Shown here in pieces: positions 12,691 through 24,496 of a DNA stretch of 64,000 nucleotides (the stretch's first letter is position 1; each line of letters opens with the position of its first letter). Origin of the DNA: Malacoraja senta (lineage: Eukaryota); contig CM075990.1 of NCBI GenBank assembly GCA_038087875.1, positions 3,784,001 through 3,848,000 of the forward strand, written 5' to 3'. The position numbers and the translations under genes are program-made. The notes under the pieces were generated by a model. It ran no database searches. It had not been told where the DNA came from and saw only the letters and a program-made list of their open reading frames with translations.

Positions 12691-13721
12691 ATGCACACTT
12701 GCTATATTTTGTTCTCCTTTGCATCTCTGCAGGAGCATGTTGCTAGGACTCAAGATTCCACTTGCGTTAAAGTGGAGGAAAGAAGAGAGTGGACGGACGT
12801 AAGGACCTGAGTTGAGCTACTAATGTCTGCAGCTCTTTCTCTTCCACTCAGCCGCGGCCCCTGCTGTTGGAGGAGCTCCCACTCCTCTATGCTTTCAGCA
12901 TCCCACGGAGGGGAGGATGTTTTACCGACTGTAAATGCTGGCGTGTGGAAGCAGGGACTGCAGATGCTGGTTTAAACTGAAGATAGACACAAAAAGTAAC
13001 TCAGCGGGACAGGCAGCATCTATGGAGAGAAGGAATGGGTGACATTTCAGGTTGAGATCCTTCTTCAGACTGTGAGCCTGAGTTCAACTGGTAGCAGGGC
13101 TGAGATCGCCCGCTGACTCACTTGGGTCTCCTGCAGAGAAATTTCTATTAATATAACTGAAACACAATCCAGGGAGCTGAGGATATCGGATTCAGATGTG
13201 TTTATTGTTACATACACTGACGGGCCAGAATGCAGGAAGGAGGTTTAGAGGGAGACGGGCCAAACGAAGGCAATTGGAACTGGTGTCGATGGGACATGTT
13301 GGCAGGCACAGGCAAGTTGGGCTGAAGGGCATGTTTCCACACTGTACGAGATTCTATGGCTCTATGAGATAGGGAACTGACATAGCACTAGACAATAAAG
13401 ATAGACGCAAAATGCTGGAGTAACTCAGCGGGACAGGCAGCATCCCTGGAGAGAAGGAATGGGTGACGTTTCAGGTCGAGACCCTTCTTCAGACTGCCAA
13501 GACAATAACCTCTCCCTCATGTTCAGCGAGATGAAGGAGATAGTTATTGACATCAGGATGAATGGTGGAGCACCACTGACTCCGTCTATACCACATGCTG
13601 CCTCGGGAAAGTAGCCAACATAATCAAAGTGTGTCGGAATGAACTGCAGATGCTGGTTTACTCCACAGATAGACACAAAATGCTGGAGTAACTCAGCGGG
13701 TCAGGTAACTCTGGAGAGAAG

Positions 13722-13765
13722 GAATAGGTGACGTTTCGGGTCAGGACCCTTCTTCAGACCCACCC
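13722..13765 (-). ncRNA. Minimal type-I hammerhead ribozyme motif (best-formed copy)
   Basis: Minus strand: gggtgggt-CTGAAGA-a-gggtc-ct-gaccc-GAAACGTC-acctattc. Helix II is perfect, helix I about 8 bp with G-U pairs, helix III the palindrome ACGT. Confidence 0.7.
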
Positions 13766-14094
13766 TGCCCATTCCTTCTTCCCCCTGTTCCTGTCCAGCA
13801 GAAGGTACAGAAACTTGAACACGCACCACCAGACTCAGAAACAGCTTCCTCCACCGCTGTTATCAGGCATTAAATATAGCTAGCGTGAAATAAGAAGATT
13901 GTGCAAGATTGTAGTGCAATCAGAATCAGTACAAAACAATATTAAAGTATAATGACAGAGTTAATGAATGAGGTAGAGTTACGTGTTAAAGTACCCAGCA
14001 GCATTTCTGGGAAATGGATGTTATTGGTTCAGGAATTGAATAGCAGTGCGGACAAAATTCTTCCTAAGTCTGAATGTCCGGGTTTTCTGGCTAA

Positions 14095-14460
14095 GGTCAT
14101 AAGTGATAGGAGCAGAATTAGGCCATTCGGCCCATCAAGTCTGCTCCACCATTCAATCATGGCTGATCTGTCTCTCCCTCCTAACCCCATTCTCCTGCCT
14201 TCTCCCCATAACCCCTGACACCCGTTCTAATCAAGAATCTATCTATCTCCGCCTTAAAAATATCCATTGACTTGGCCTCCACAGCCTTCTGTGGCAAAGA
14301 ATTCCACCGATTCACCACCCTATGACTAAGGAAATTCCTCCTCATCTCCTTCCTCAAGGAACGTCCTTTAATTCTGAGGCTGTGACTTCTGGTCCTGGAC
14401 TCTCCCACGAGTGGAAACATGCTCTCCACATCCGCTCTGTCCAAGCCTCTCACTATTCGA
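14095..14460 (-). mobile_element. CR1 3' fragment (cttatga-tail subfamily)
   Basis: GLDRADVESMFPLVGESRTRSHSLRIKG. Confidence 0.85.
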
Positions 14461-14464
14461 TAAG

Positions 14465-14832
14465 GCCGCCTGGGTCAAGACGAGATGGAGAGACCAGTGG
14501 AAGTTAGCGGAACCATCTAGGCTACACCATTACATCAATGTCCCCATGGACGTCCCTGGCCAGGACCTGCCCCGAAATCAGTGGACAACCCTCAACCGCT
14601 TGAGGACAGGCATCAGACGCTATGGAGTAGCGATGAAGAAGTGGGGCCTCGTGGACAGCGCCTCTTGCGAGTGTGGGGACCCAACACAGACAGTGGAGCA
14701 CATAGTCACCAGTTGCCCCAAACACCGGCCACCGAATGGTGAACGAGGTCTGATTGACCTGGACGATGACACGTTGGCCTGGCTCGCCTCAACGGAGCTG
14801 CAGGTCTAAAAGACAAACGACAGAAGAAGAAG
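14465..14832 (+). mobile_element. 3' fragment of an I-group (Vingi/Ingi-like) LINE
   Basis: WTTLNRLRTG...KWGL..SASCECG...QTVEHIVTSCP, then a stop and a (gaa)n tail; 13-bp TSD actattcg(a/g)taag. Confidence 0.65.
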
Positions 14833-14885
14833 ACTATTCGGTAAGTGTATCCTGTATCTTGTAACTTCCTGTATCTTCTCCCAGG

Positions 14886-15645
14886 CTATAGAGTCATACA
14901 GTGTGGAAACAGCTCTTTGGCCCAACTTGTCCCAGCTACACTAGTCCCACCAGCCAGCATTTGGTCCATATCCCTCAAAACCTGTCCTGTCCATGTTTAT
15001 TGTCTAACTGTTTCTTAAATGTTGGGATAGTCCCAGCCTCAACTGCCTCCTCCGGCCGCTTGTTCCATACACCCACCATCCTTTGTGTGAAAAAGTTACC
15101 CCTCAGATTCCTATTAAATCTTTTCCCCTTCACCTTAAACCTATGTCCTCTGGTCCTCGATTCACCTACTCTGTGCATCGACCGATCTATTCCTCTCATG
15201 ATTTTATACACCTCGATAAGATCACCCCTCACCCTCTCGCACTCCAGGGAGTATTGAGAGGAATATTGAAACATATAAGGTTGTTAAGGGTTTGGACACG
15301 CTAGAGGCAGGAAACATGTTCCCGATGTTGGGAGAGTCCAGAACCAGGGGCCACAGTTTAAGAATAAGGGGTAAGCCATTTAGAACGGAGACGAGGAAAC
15401 ACTTTTTCACACAGAGAGTTGTGAGTCTGTGGAATTCTCTGCCTCAGAGGGCGGTGGAGGCCGGTTCTCTGGATACTTTCAAGAGAGAGCTAGATAGGGC
15501 TCTTAAAGATAGCGGAGTCAGGGGATATGTGGAGAAGGCAGGAACGGAGTACTGATTGGGGATGATTAGCCACGATCACATTGAATGGCGGTGCTGGCTC
15601 GAAGGGCCGAATGGCCTACTCCTGCACCTATTGTGTATTGTCTAT
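14886..15645. mobile_element. Two CR1 3' fragments in opposite orientation
   Basis: ORFs 14975-15274(-) and 15292-15555(+) carry the CR1 C-terminal motif. Confidence 0.82.
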
Positions 15646-15990
15646 TGGAGTCCCAGCCTACTCAACCTCTCCCTATAGCTCAGACCCTCTAGTCCTGGCA
15701 ACATCCTCGTAAGGTGGAAGAGAGGTGAAGGAATGACCAGGGCAGTGGGCATCCGTGCCCACTGGAGGTGTGGCCTTCCTGTTGCAACACACCGTGACGA
15801 TGGGCTGGATGGGAGGAAGTGATGAGGCTGTGATGGACTGGGCTGTGTCCACTACAGGTTCAGGCAGCCAAGAGCAGAGTGGTTGCCAGACCAGGCTGAG
15901 ATGCATCCCGTCAGAATACTTTATATAGTCCATCTGTAGAGATTTGAGAAGCTGCTTGTGGATATACCTCACCTTCTCAAATGGTACAAC

Positions 15991-16640
15991 ACGATACGAT
16001 AGAACTTTATTTATCTCGGGAGGGAAATCGATCTGCCAATAGTCATAAAACAAAGTTACATGAAACATGAAATTAAAGTGACGAGTGGAAAGGATTGGGG
16101 ATGTGCATAGGTTGGTGAGGGGGGGGGTGGGAGTCAGTCTCAGTCTACCCCATGACATAAGGGGGAGGAGTTGTACAGTTTGATAGCCACAGGGAAGAAG
16201 GATCTCCTGTGGCGTTCTGTGCTGCATCTTGGTGGAACCAGTCTGTTGCTGAAGGTGCTCCTCAGGTTGACCAGTGCGTCATTGAGGGGGTGAGCTGTAT
16301 TGTCCAGGATGCTCCGCAGTTTGAGGAGCATCCTCCCCTCCAGGACCACCTCCCATGAATCCAACTCCGCTCCCAGGATGCAGCCAGCCTTCCTGATGCG
16401 CTTGCTAATTCTGTTGGCATCCGCGGCCTTCGCCCTGCTGCCCCAGCACACAACAGCGAAGAAGATGGCACTGGATACCACTGGATTGGTAGAACATCTG
16501 CAGCATCTTACTGCAGATGCTGAAGGAGCGGAGCCTTCTCAAAAAGTACAGCCGGCCCTGTCCCTTCTTGTGCAGGGCCTCAGCGCTCCTGGACCGGTCC
16601 AGTTTACTGTCCAGGTAAACCCCAAGGTATTTGTACTCCT
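15991..16640 (-). mobile_element. Rex1-like LINE 3' fragment
   Basis: VVCWG...SILDNTAHPL...RCSTERHRRSFFPVAIKLYN. Confidence 0.82.
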
Positions 16641-16668
16641 TGGTAAACGCCTAAGAAAGCAACCCTAA

Positions 16669-17349
16669 AGGGCCTGTCCCACTTACGTGTCCTTGGCACG
16701 CAAATTACGTTGAGTCGCGACGGTCCCGCGAAGGTCGCGCGCGACTTCATTCGACCGCACAGCCGTCTGGAGAGCGTGACGTCATTTGAAGATGGACACA
16801 AAGCTGGAGTAACTCAGCGGGACCGGCAGCATCTCTGGAGAGAAGCAATGGGCGATGTTTCGTGTCGAGACTCTTCTTCAGTCTGAAAAGAAGGGTCTTG
16901 ACCCGAAACATCACCCATTGCTTCTCTCCAGAGATGCTGCCGGTCCCGCTGAGTTACTCCTGCATTTTGTGTCTATCTTCAATTTTCTTGGCCCCGCTCT
17001 GGGAGTAGGAGTGGGGGCGGATCCGGATCCGCAACGGCCGTGAGCCCCAGGCCGAGTTCGGCGATCGTTCGCCCGCTTCTGCTGCTGTTGAAGGTGAGAC
17101 GTTGCGTCGCGCCAGGGTCTTGGGCCTGTCCCACTTTGGCCGTCAGTTCCGCGACAGACCGTTGGCGCGCGAAGATTTCGTTCGTTACAAAAATTTCAGG
17201 AGCCCCGCGCGATGTCGCGCACAACTACGTACCCCTCCGCGTTTCTCAGTGGGACCGGCCCCGCGCGGCCACACGATGCCCGTGCGCCTCAACGCGACCA
17301 CGAGGTCGCGTAATTTGCGTGCCAAGGACACGTAATTGGGACAGGCCCT
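16669..17349. mobile_element. TIR MITE family A, intact copy (Harbinger- or Crypton-like)
   Basis: agggcctgtcccact...gggacaggccct with TAA on both sides; internal Penelope-derived palindrome; CpG-rich. Confidence 0.88.
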
Positions 17350-19004
17350 TAATGCATCAACACAAAGCGATAAGGCTAGGGCGCTAATGTTATGTTATGT
17401 TATGACTGGTTCAGAAATTTAATCTGTTGACCGTCACTATAGCAGCTCCGTTGATTAGTTTAGTTTAGTTCATTGCTACGTGTCCCAAGGTACAATGAAA
17501 AGGTTTTCGTTGCGTGCTAACCAGTCAGCGGAAAGACAATACATGATTACAATCGAGCCGTCCACAGTGTACAGATACAGGATTAAGGGAATGACGTCTA
17601 TTGCAAGATAATGTCCATAAAGTCCAATTAAAGGTAGTCCATTGGGTCTCCAATGAGGTAGATAGTAGCTCTGGACTGCTCCCTAGTTGTTGGTAGGATG
17701 GTTCAGTTGCCTGATAATAGCTGAGAAGAAACTGTCCCTGAATCTGGAGGTGTGCGTTTTCACACTTGTCTTCTGGAATTTAGAAGGATGAGAGGGTATC
17801 TTATAGAAATATATTAAGTTCTTAAGGGATTGAACAGGCTAGATGCAAGAAACAAAATCCCCATGTTGGGGGAGTCCAGAACCAGGAGTCACAGTTTAAG
17901 AATTTTGGACTGAGATGAGGAAAAACATTTTCACCCAGAGAGTTGTGAATTGTGGAATTATCTGCCACAGAAGGCAGTGGAGGCCAATTCACTGGATGTT
18001 TTCAAGAGTTAGATTTAGCTCCCAGGGCTAACGGAATCAAGGGATGTGGGGAGAAAGCAGGAACGGGATACTGATTTTTGATGATCATATTTAATGGCGG
18101 TACTGGCTCGATGGGCCGAATGGCCTACTCTTGTACCTATTTTCTATGTTTCTATGGCAGGAGATGGGAGGGGAGGTGAGGGAGTGAGTGAGGGGAGGGT
18201 TGTGTTCAACTCCTCGCTTCCGTAAGTCAACAGCCAACTCTGCCATCTTGTTGATGTCAAGAGCTAAGTTGGTGTCCTGACACCATGACACAGAGTTCTC
18301 TGTCTCTTTCGTGTTCACCGTCTCAGAGTTGCTGTTGTTGATCGGGCCGACAACAGTGGTATCATAGAGGAACTTGAAAGAACAAGCTGCCAGTGTACTT
18401 GGCCACGCAGTCAGGGGTGAACAAGGAGCAGAGCAAGGAGACTGGGCACCTAATCCTGAGGTGGAAAAAAGGTCATGACCAATTCTAATGTGTAGGAAGG
18501 AAATGCAGATGCTGGTTTATACCGAAGGTAGACACAAAATGCTGGAGGAACTCAGCGGGTCAGACATCATCTCTGGAGGGAAGGAATAGTCGGAAGGACT
18601 GCAGGAAGAAGGGTTCCGACTCGAAACGCCACCTTTTCCTTCTCTCCAGAGATGCTGCCTGACCAGCTGAGTTACTCCAGCATTTGTGTCTATCTATGAC
18701 CAATACTAACTTTGTTTATTTGCTCGAGATTCCAGCGCTTGCAGTTCCTGGTTATGTGTATCCTGTACCTTGTACCTTGTATCTTCACCCAGAAGGTGAT
18801 AGAGTCGTAGAGTCATAGAGTGAGAGAGCATGGAAACAGGCCCTTCGGCCCAACATTCCCACACCGGGGACCAAGTTAATAAACGCAACTTTTGCTCAGT
18901 TAACCCCAGGATGGTGTTCATGTCCCAGTGTCCGATGGAGACGTGGTGTTCATGTCCCAGTGTCCGGTGGAGACGTCGGTTTGAATCCCATGCCAGAGCA
19001 TGGG

Positions 19005-19300
19005 ATATCTTTTGGCCATCCAGTGTTCAGGGGAGTGGGGAGAGCAGAGGATGGTTTGCTCCTGGGCCAGGGCAAGCTGGCCATTTGTGGGACACAGCGC
19101 CAGGCAGAAGAAGGTTCCGCTCAAGCCGAGTGCCTGACCCTTTTCCGGGGGTTACTACGTCCGTGCCCGGGTGGCCCTTGAGAAAGAGCACGGGATGCCC
19201 GCGGCCACCAGTGGTGATTCCGGGACCGCTGGGCACCGCGGGGGGGGGGGGGGTTCAATGCATCCTAGACCAGGACTGTAATGCAGGCATTTAATTTAAT
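19005..19300 (+). mobile_element. Degenerate 3' fragment of a second Tx1-like element
   Basis: FGHPVFRGVGRAEDGLLLGQGKLAI...CLTLFRG aligns by eye with the C-terminus of the 1955-2968 ORF. Confidence 0.75.
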
Positions 19301-19455
19301 TTAGAGACACAGCTCGGAAACAGGCCTTTCGGCCCGCCGAGTCCGCACCAGGCCAATTAACCTACAAACATGTACGCCTTTGGAGTGCGGGAGGAAACTG
19401 AAGATTTCGAAGAAAACCCACGCAGGTCACGGGGAGAAGGTACAAACTCCATACA

Positions 19456-20218
19456 TGTAAATAGCTCGTTCTAAGCTTCCCCCCAGTCTAGTTTCAGTCA
19501 ATAAAATACTGAGTCAAGCACTTGCTCATCTAAACTTTATTTTGGAAAACACAATAACAGTTCCCCACTACTATACCTAACCACCGCGGGTTCGATCCTT
19601 GTATCTGCTTGTCCAAGCCCTCCTAGCCTCGTGCAAGCAGAGACACTCCAGAAGGTCACGCAGTCCCAAGCGTTCTTCCAGAAGATCGACACAGGACCTC
19701 GTGGGAGCTACCTTTTATAGGTCCCCGAACCTTGAGTGGCCGAACCATAAGGGGGTGGTCTCTATACAGTCCAATAACAGATATCGATTAACACAGTACA
19801 TGATAGACATTTCCCTAACCCAATAATACAGTAACTAATACATTGTATTCAAAAGGAGCTTCTGGAAGGAAGCAAACATCGCAACATTAGCCCAGATATT
19901 CAAGAAACCCAGTCAAGCCTCAACACTTAACCCAATCAACATCTAGCAAAGTAAAGCTTTGCAACATTATATACAATGTGTATGTCTGGTTTGCATTTAC
20001 CCAATCCATTGCATGCAATTTACACCTAATTGTAAGAATCTGCAGATGCCCCATTCTTTCCCTGCAACTCTTATCTGGGCTCCAGACAAGCTGGCACAAT
20101 TCTGCAGCTTGTCCCATTTCTGCAGAAGGCACGTTTAAATTGACCAAATGGCCGAGCAGCACAGAAGCCTTTACTCAATTTTAGTGTCCTGGCATCTCCA
20201 ATTTGGCCAGAATTAACA
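19456..20218 (-). mobile_element. Solo LTR inserted in a V-SINE
   Basis: tgtaaat...attaaca termini; 4-bp TSD TACA (19452-55, 20219-22); minus-strand TATAAAA (~19715) and AATAAA (~19540); the SINE resumes on both sides. Confidence 0.75.
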
Positions 20219-23200
20219 TACAGACAGCACCCGAGTTCAGGATCGAACCCGGGTCTCTGGCGCTGTGAGGCAGCAACTCTACCGCTGCGCCGCCATTGAG
20301 TATTTAGTATTAAAACTATTTGGTGAATTTTGTAATATGGTGGTGGGTGCGTTGGTATTGTTTGTTTTGTAAATATTATTATTGGAAATAGTTGAATACA
20401 TTTTGTTTTGATTTTTTAAAAAGAAGCACATTTGCCACAAGAAAACATAGAGATGAGGGAGAATATTTTCATCAATTCACCGTTCTCAATAATAAATTCT
20501 TCATAGATTTCCAGAGACATTTCTGTGGGCAAATATTAGGCCAGAATACATAAGGCAGCAAACCAAGAATGCCACAGGAATACAGTGGACGTGGATTAAA
20601 TTATTATACAATCAGACATTTCTTTTCTGGCTGAACCTGCTCAATGTTTCATACCTGGTTATGGAATTAATGCAGAAAACGTTTCATCATTTCAACAAGT
20701 AGAAACTAGGAACTGCAGATGCTGGTTTATACCGCAGATAGACACAAAATGCCGGAGTAACTCAGCGGGTCAGGCAGCATCTCTGGAAAAAAGGAATCGG
20801 TGGCGTTTCGGGTTGGAACCGTTCTTCAGACTGAAGAAGGGTCCCGACCCGAAATAGCACCTATTTCTTCTCTCCAGAGATGTTGCCTGACCCACTCAGT
20901 TACTCCGGCATTTTGTGTCTATTTAAATGCAAATGCCTTTTTACCAAGGAAAGACCCAAAATGCTGCAATAACTCAATGGGTTCATAAGTTCACAAGTTG
21001 TAGGAGTAGAATTAGGCCCTTCAGCCCATCGAGTCTACTCCGCCATTCAATCATGGCTGATCTCTGCCTCCTAATTCTATTTTCCTACCTTCTCCCCATA
21101 ACCCTTAACACCCGTTCTAATCAAGAATTTGGCTAACTCTGCCTTAAAAAATATCCACTGACTTGGCCTCCACAGCCCTCTGTGGCAATGAGTTCCACAG
21201 AATCACCACCCTCTGACTAGAGAAGTTCCTCCTCACCTCCTTTCTAAAAGAGCGCCCTTTAATTCTGAGGCTATGACCTCTGAAGAAGGGTTCCGTACCT
21301 GAAATGTTACCTATCCATGTTCTCCAGAGATGCTGCCTGACCCGCTGAGCTGCTCCAGCACTTTGTGTCTATGTTTCAACAAGGTGCGTACAGCAGAATA
21401 CTGTCGTTCCTTCTCTTCTCACCCACTTACTCCCTGGGGAATAACAGGGCCTTTCTGATTACATGTGTTTCCCCCATGGTCAGCTGCCTCCCCACAACTG
21501 AGAATGGGGTTAGGAGAGAGAGATAGATCAGCCATGATTGAATGGCAGAATAGACTTGATGGGCCGAATGGCCTAATTCTGCTCCTATCACTTATGACCT
21601 TATGAGCCTGAAAGCCCGGACATTCAGACACAGCAAGAATTTTGTCCGCACAATTCTATCCAGTTCCTGAACCAATAACTTCTGCCACATCACTTTCCCG
21701 GATGTGCTGCCACAGTGCAACACGTAACTCTTTCATTTTCATTCATTTGTCATTGTACGTTGATGGTTTGCACTGATACTGATTGCACTACAATCTTGCA
21801 CCATCCTCTTGTTTTGCACTTGTTATGAGCTTATGAACTACCTGGCACATCCAGAAGCACCCCGTCCCATCTAGCCAACACAACATCCCTTTCTCATTGC
21901 TCCTACCCTTCAAACCTTGCCATGCACGCGCTTGCGATTTCGAAGTGATCTGAAGTGTCCCGATGCTCACTGTGTGTCCGTTCAAACGGTCTAGTGGACT
22001 GGTTTTAAGATACAGCGTGGAGACGTGCCCTTCGGCCCACCGGGTTCATGCCGTTCACTAGTTCCATGTTGTCCCTCTTTTGCAACCCGCCCACTAGGGA
22101 CAATTTACAGAGACCAATTGACCTGCAAACCCGCACGTCTTCAGGTTATGGGAGGGAACCGGAGATCTCAGAGAAAAACCACGCGGCCACGGGGAGAACG
22201 TACAAACTCCGTACAGGCAGCACCCGAGGTCAGGATTGAACCCGGTTTCTGGCGCTGTGAGGCAACAACTCTACCGCTGCGCCACCGTGAGCCGATGGGC
22301 CCAAAGAAAAGCACAACTTGGTGGCACATTGAGGTAGTGGTAGACTCGCTGCCTTATAGCGCCAGTGACCCGGGTTCGATCCTGACCACGGGTGCTATCT
22401 GTATGGAGTTTGTACATTCTTCCCGTGACTTGCGTGGGTTTTCTCCGAGATCTTCGATTCCCTCCCGCACTCCAAAGGCTTACAGGTTTGTAGGTTAATT
22501 GGCTTTAAATGTTAAATTGCCCCTGGTGTGTGTAGGATAGTGTTAGTGTGCGGGGATCGCTGGTCGGCGCGGGCTGAAGAGCCTGTTCCTGTGCTGCATC
22601 TCTAAACTAAACTAAACTAAAGAACTCAAAAACAATTTCAAAGCTGAGTTGTCAATCTACTGCTGGTTGTGATCCAACGAGTTCAAAATTGGGGGCTGCA
22701 GCAGCGGAATATAAATGAGAGGAAGTACAGTTGGGGTGTCCAGTGCTATGGCCAGACACCCCCTTGAGCACTGTCCCAATGCCCAGAGTTGGATACAAAA
22801 TGAGACATTGCTGAATGCTGAACAAAGGCAGCTCAGGACTGGGACACTCTGCCAACGGACTGGGTTACAAAGACAAACTGGAGAAACTTCAGTTTGAAGC
22901 AGTGAACTTCAGAAGGGAACACCGCATGTGAATACTGAAAAGTGAGTTCAGGATTGAAAACGGACGGCCCTTTTCCACGTGCAGAATGCTGAACAGATGC
23001 GATTGTTCCTTGGGTACAACAGCTAAGAAGATAAAATAAAAACCAGAAGAATCAATTTAACAATGTAATGGGCAAAGAACTTTGAAGGGCACGTTGGCAC
23101 CAGGAACATGGCATATCTCTGTGTACTGCCTCAGTGACTTTCGACTTTAGAGATACAGCATGGAAACAGGCCCTTCAGCCCACCGAGTCCGCACGACCAG

Positions 23201-24496
23201 CGATCCCCATACACTAGCACCAGCCTACACACGGGACAATGTAACAACTTACCGAAGCCAATTAACCGACAAACCTGCACGTCTTTGGAATGTGGGAGGA
23301 AACCGGAGCACCTGGAGAAAACCCACAAGGTCACAGGAAGAACGTACAAACTCTGCACAGACAGTCCCCGTGGTCAGGATCAAACTCAGGTCTCTGGCGC
23401 TGTAAGGCGGCAACACTACTGCTGCGCCACCGTGCCGCTGGTGAAGTCTACTCTTCTTACACTACAAATGCTTGTCCTAATCTACAGTATGATTTGACCG
23501 GATTGTCCACCAAATAAAGAATTTCTCGGTACCTAGGCACATGTGACAATAAAGTATCGTTGTAGGAATGAAGATTGAAACATAGAAACATAGAAAATAG
23601 GTGCAGGAGGAGGCCATTCGGCCCTTCGAGCCAGCACCGCCATTCAATGTGATCATGGCTGATCGTCCCCAATCAATAGCCCGTGCCTACCTTCTCCCCA
23701 TATCCCTTGATTCCACTAGCCCCTAGAGCTCTATCTAACTCTCTTTTAAATCCGTCCGGTGATTTGGCCTCCGCTGCCCTCTGTGGCAAAGGCGATATAT
23801 TTCCATGGAGGTCCAAGAGTTTGCAGGCACTGGGATCTTGGGTAAAACGCAAAGGGCTGGAGGAACTCAGCCGGTCAGGCAGCGACTGTGGAGGGACTAG
23901 ACAAGCGATGTTTCAAGTGGGGACCCTTCTTCAGATGGCTCCATATGAAGAGTACCTCAGCAATGAAGCGTTTTGGAACTTGGTGGCGATAAGAAGTGGT
24001 GTGACCTTTTATCAATATGCGCCTTTGTGTTCAATCCTTACAAACTGCAGCACTTAATGAAAACTCCTTTAAATAAAGGTCACGGTGGCACAGCGGTAGA
24101 GTTGCTGCCTTACAGCGTCAGAGATCCGGTTTCAATCCTGACTACGGGTGCAGTCCCTACGGAGTTTGTACGTTCTCCCCGTCAAGTCCAGATACGACCT
24201 TGACAAGGCCAGCAAAAAGGCCAAAAGGGACTTCCGCTCTAAGCTGCAGAACGCGGCTGATGTTTGGCAACTGTGGCGGGGCTTGAATGCCATCACCACC
24301 AACAAGGCAAAATCAGGAGGCTGTCAATATCAGTAAAACCAATGAACCGATTGTGGATTTTGGAAGAGGAAAGATGAGGACCCACAATCCTGTTTATATC
24401 AACGATGGTGGAGAGACTCAAAAACTTCCAATTCCTGGGCGTGCATATTTCCCAAGATCTTTCCTGGACCCAGCACACTGATACAATTATAAATAA

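Noticed and set aside
22740..22900. Apparent unique coding island
   Set aside because: Resembles a highly decayed CR1 ORF2 segment (RPHLE-like region).
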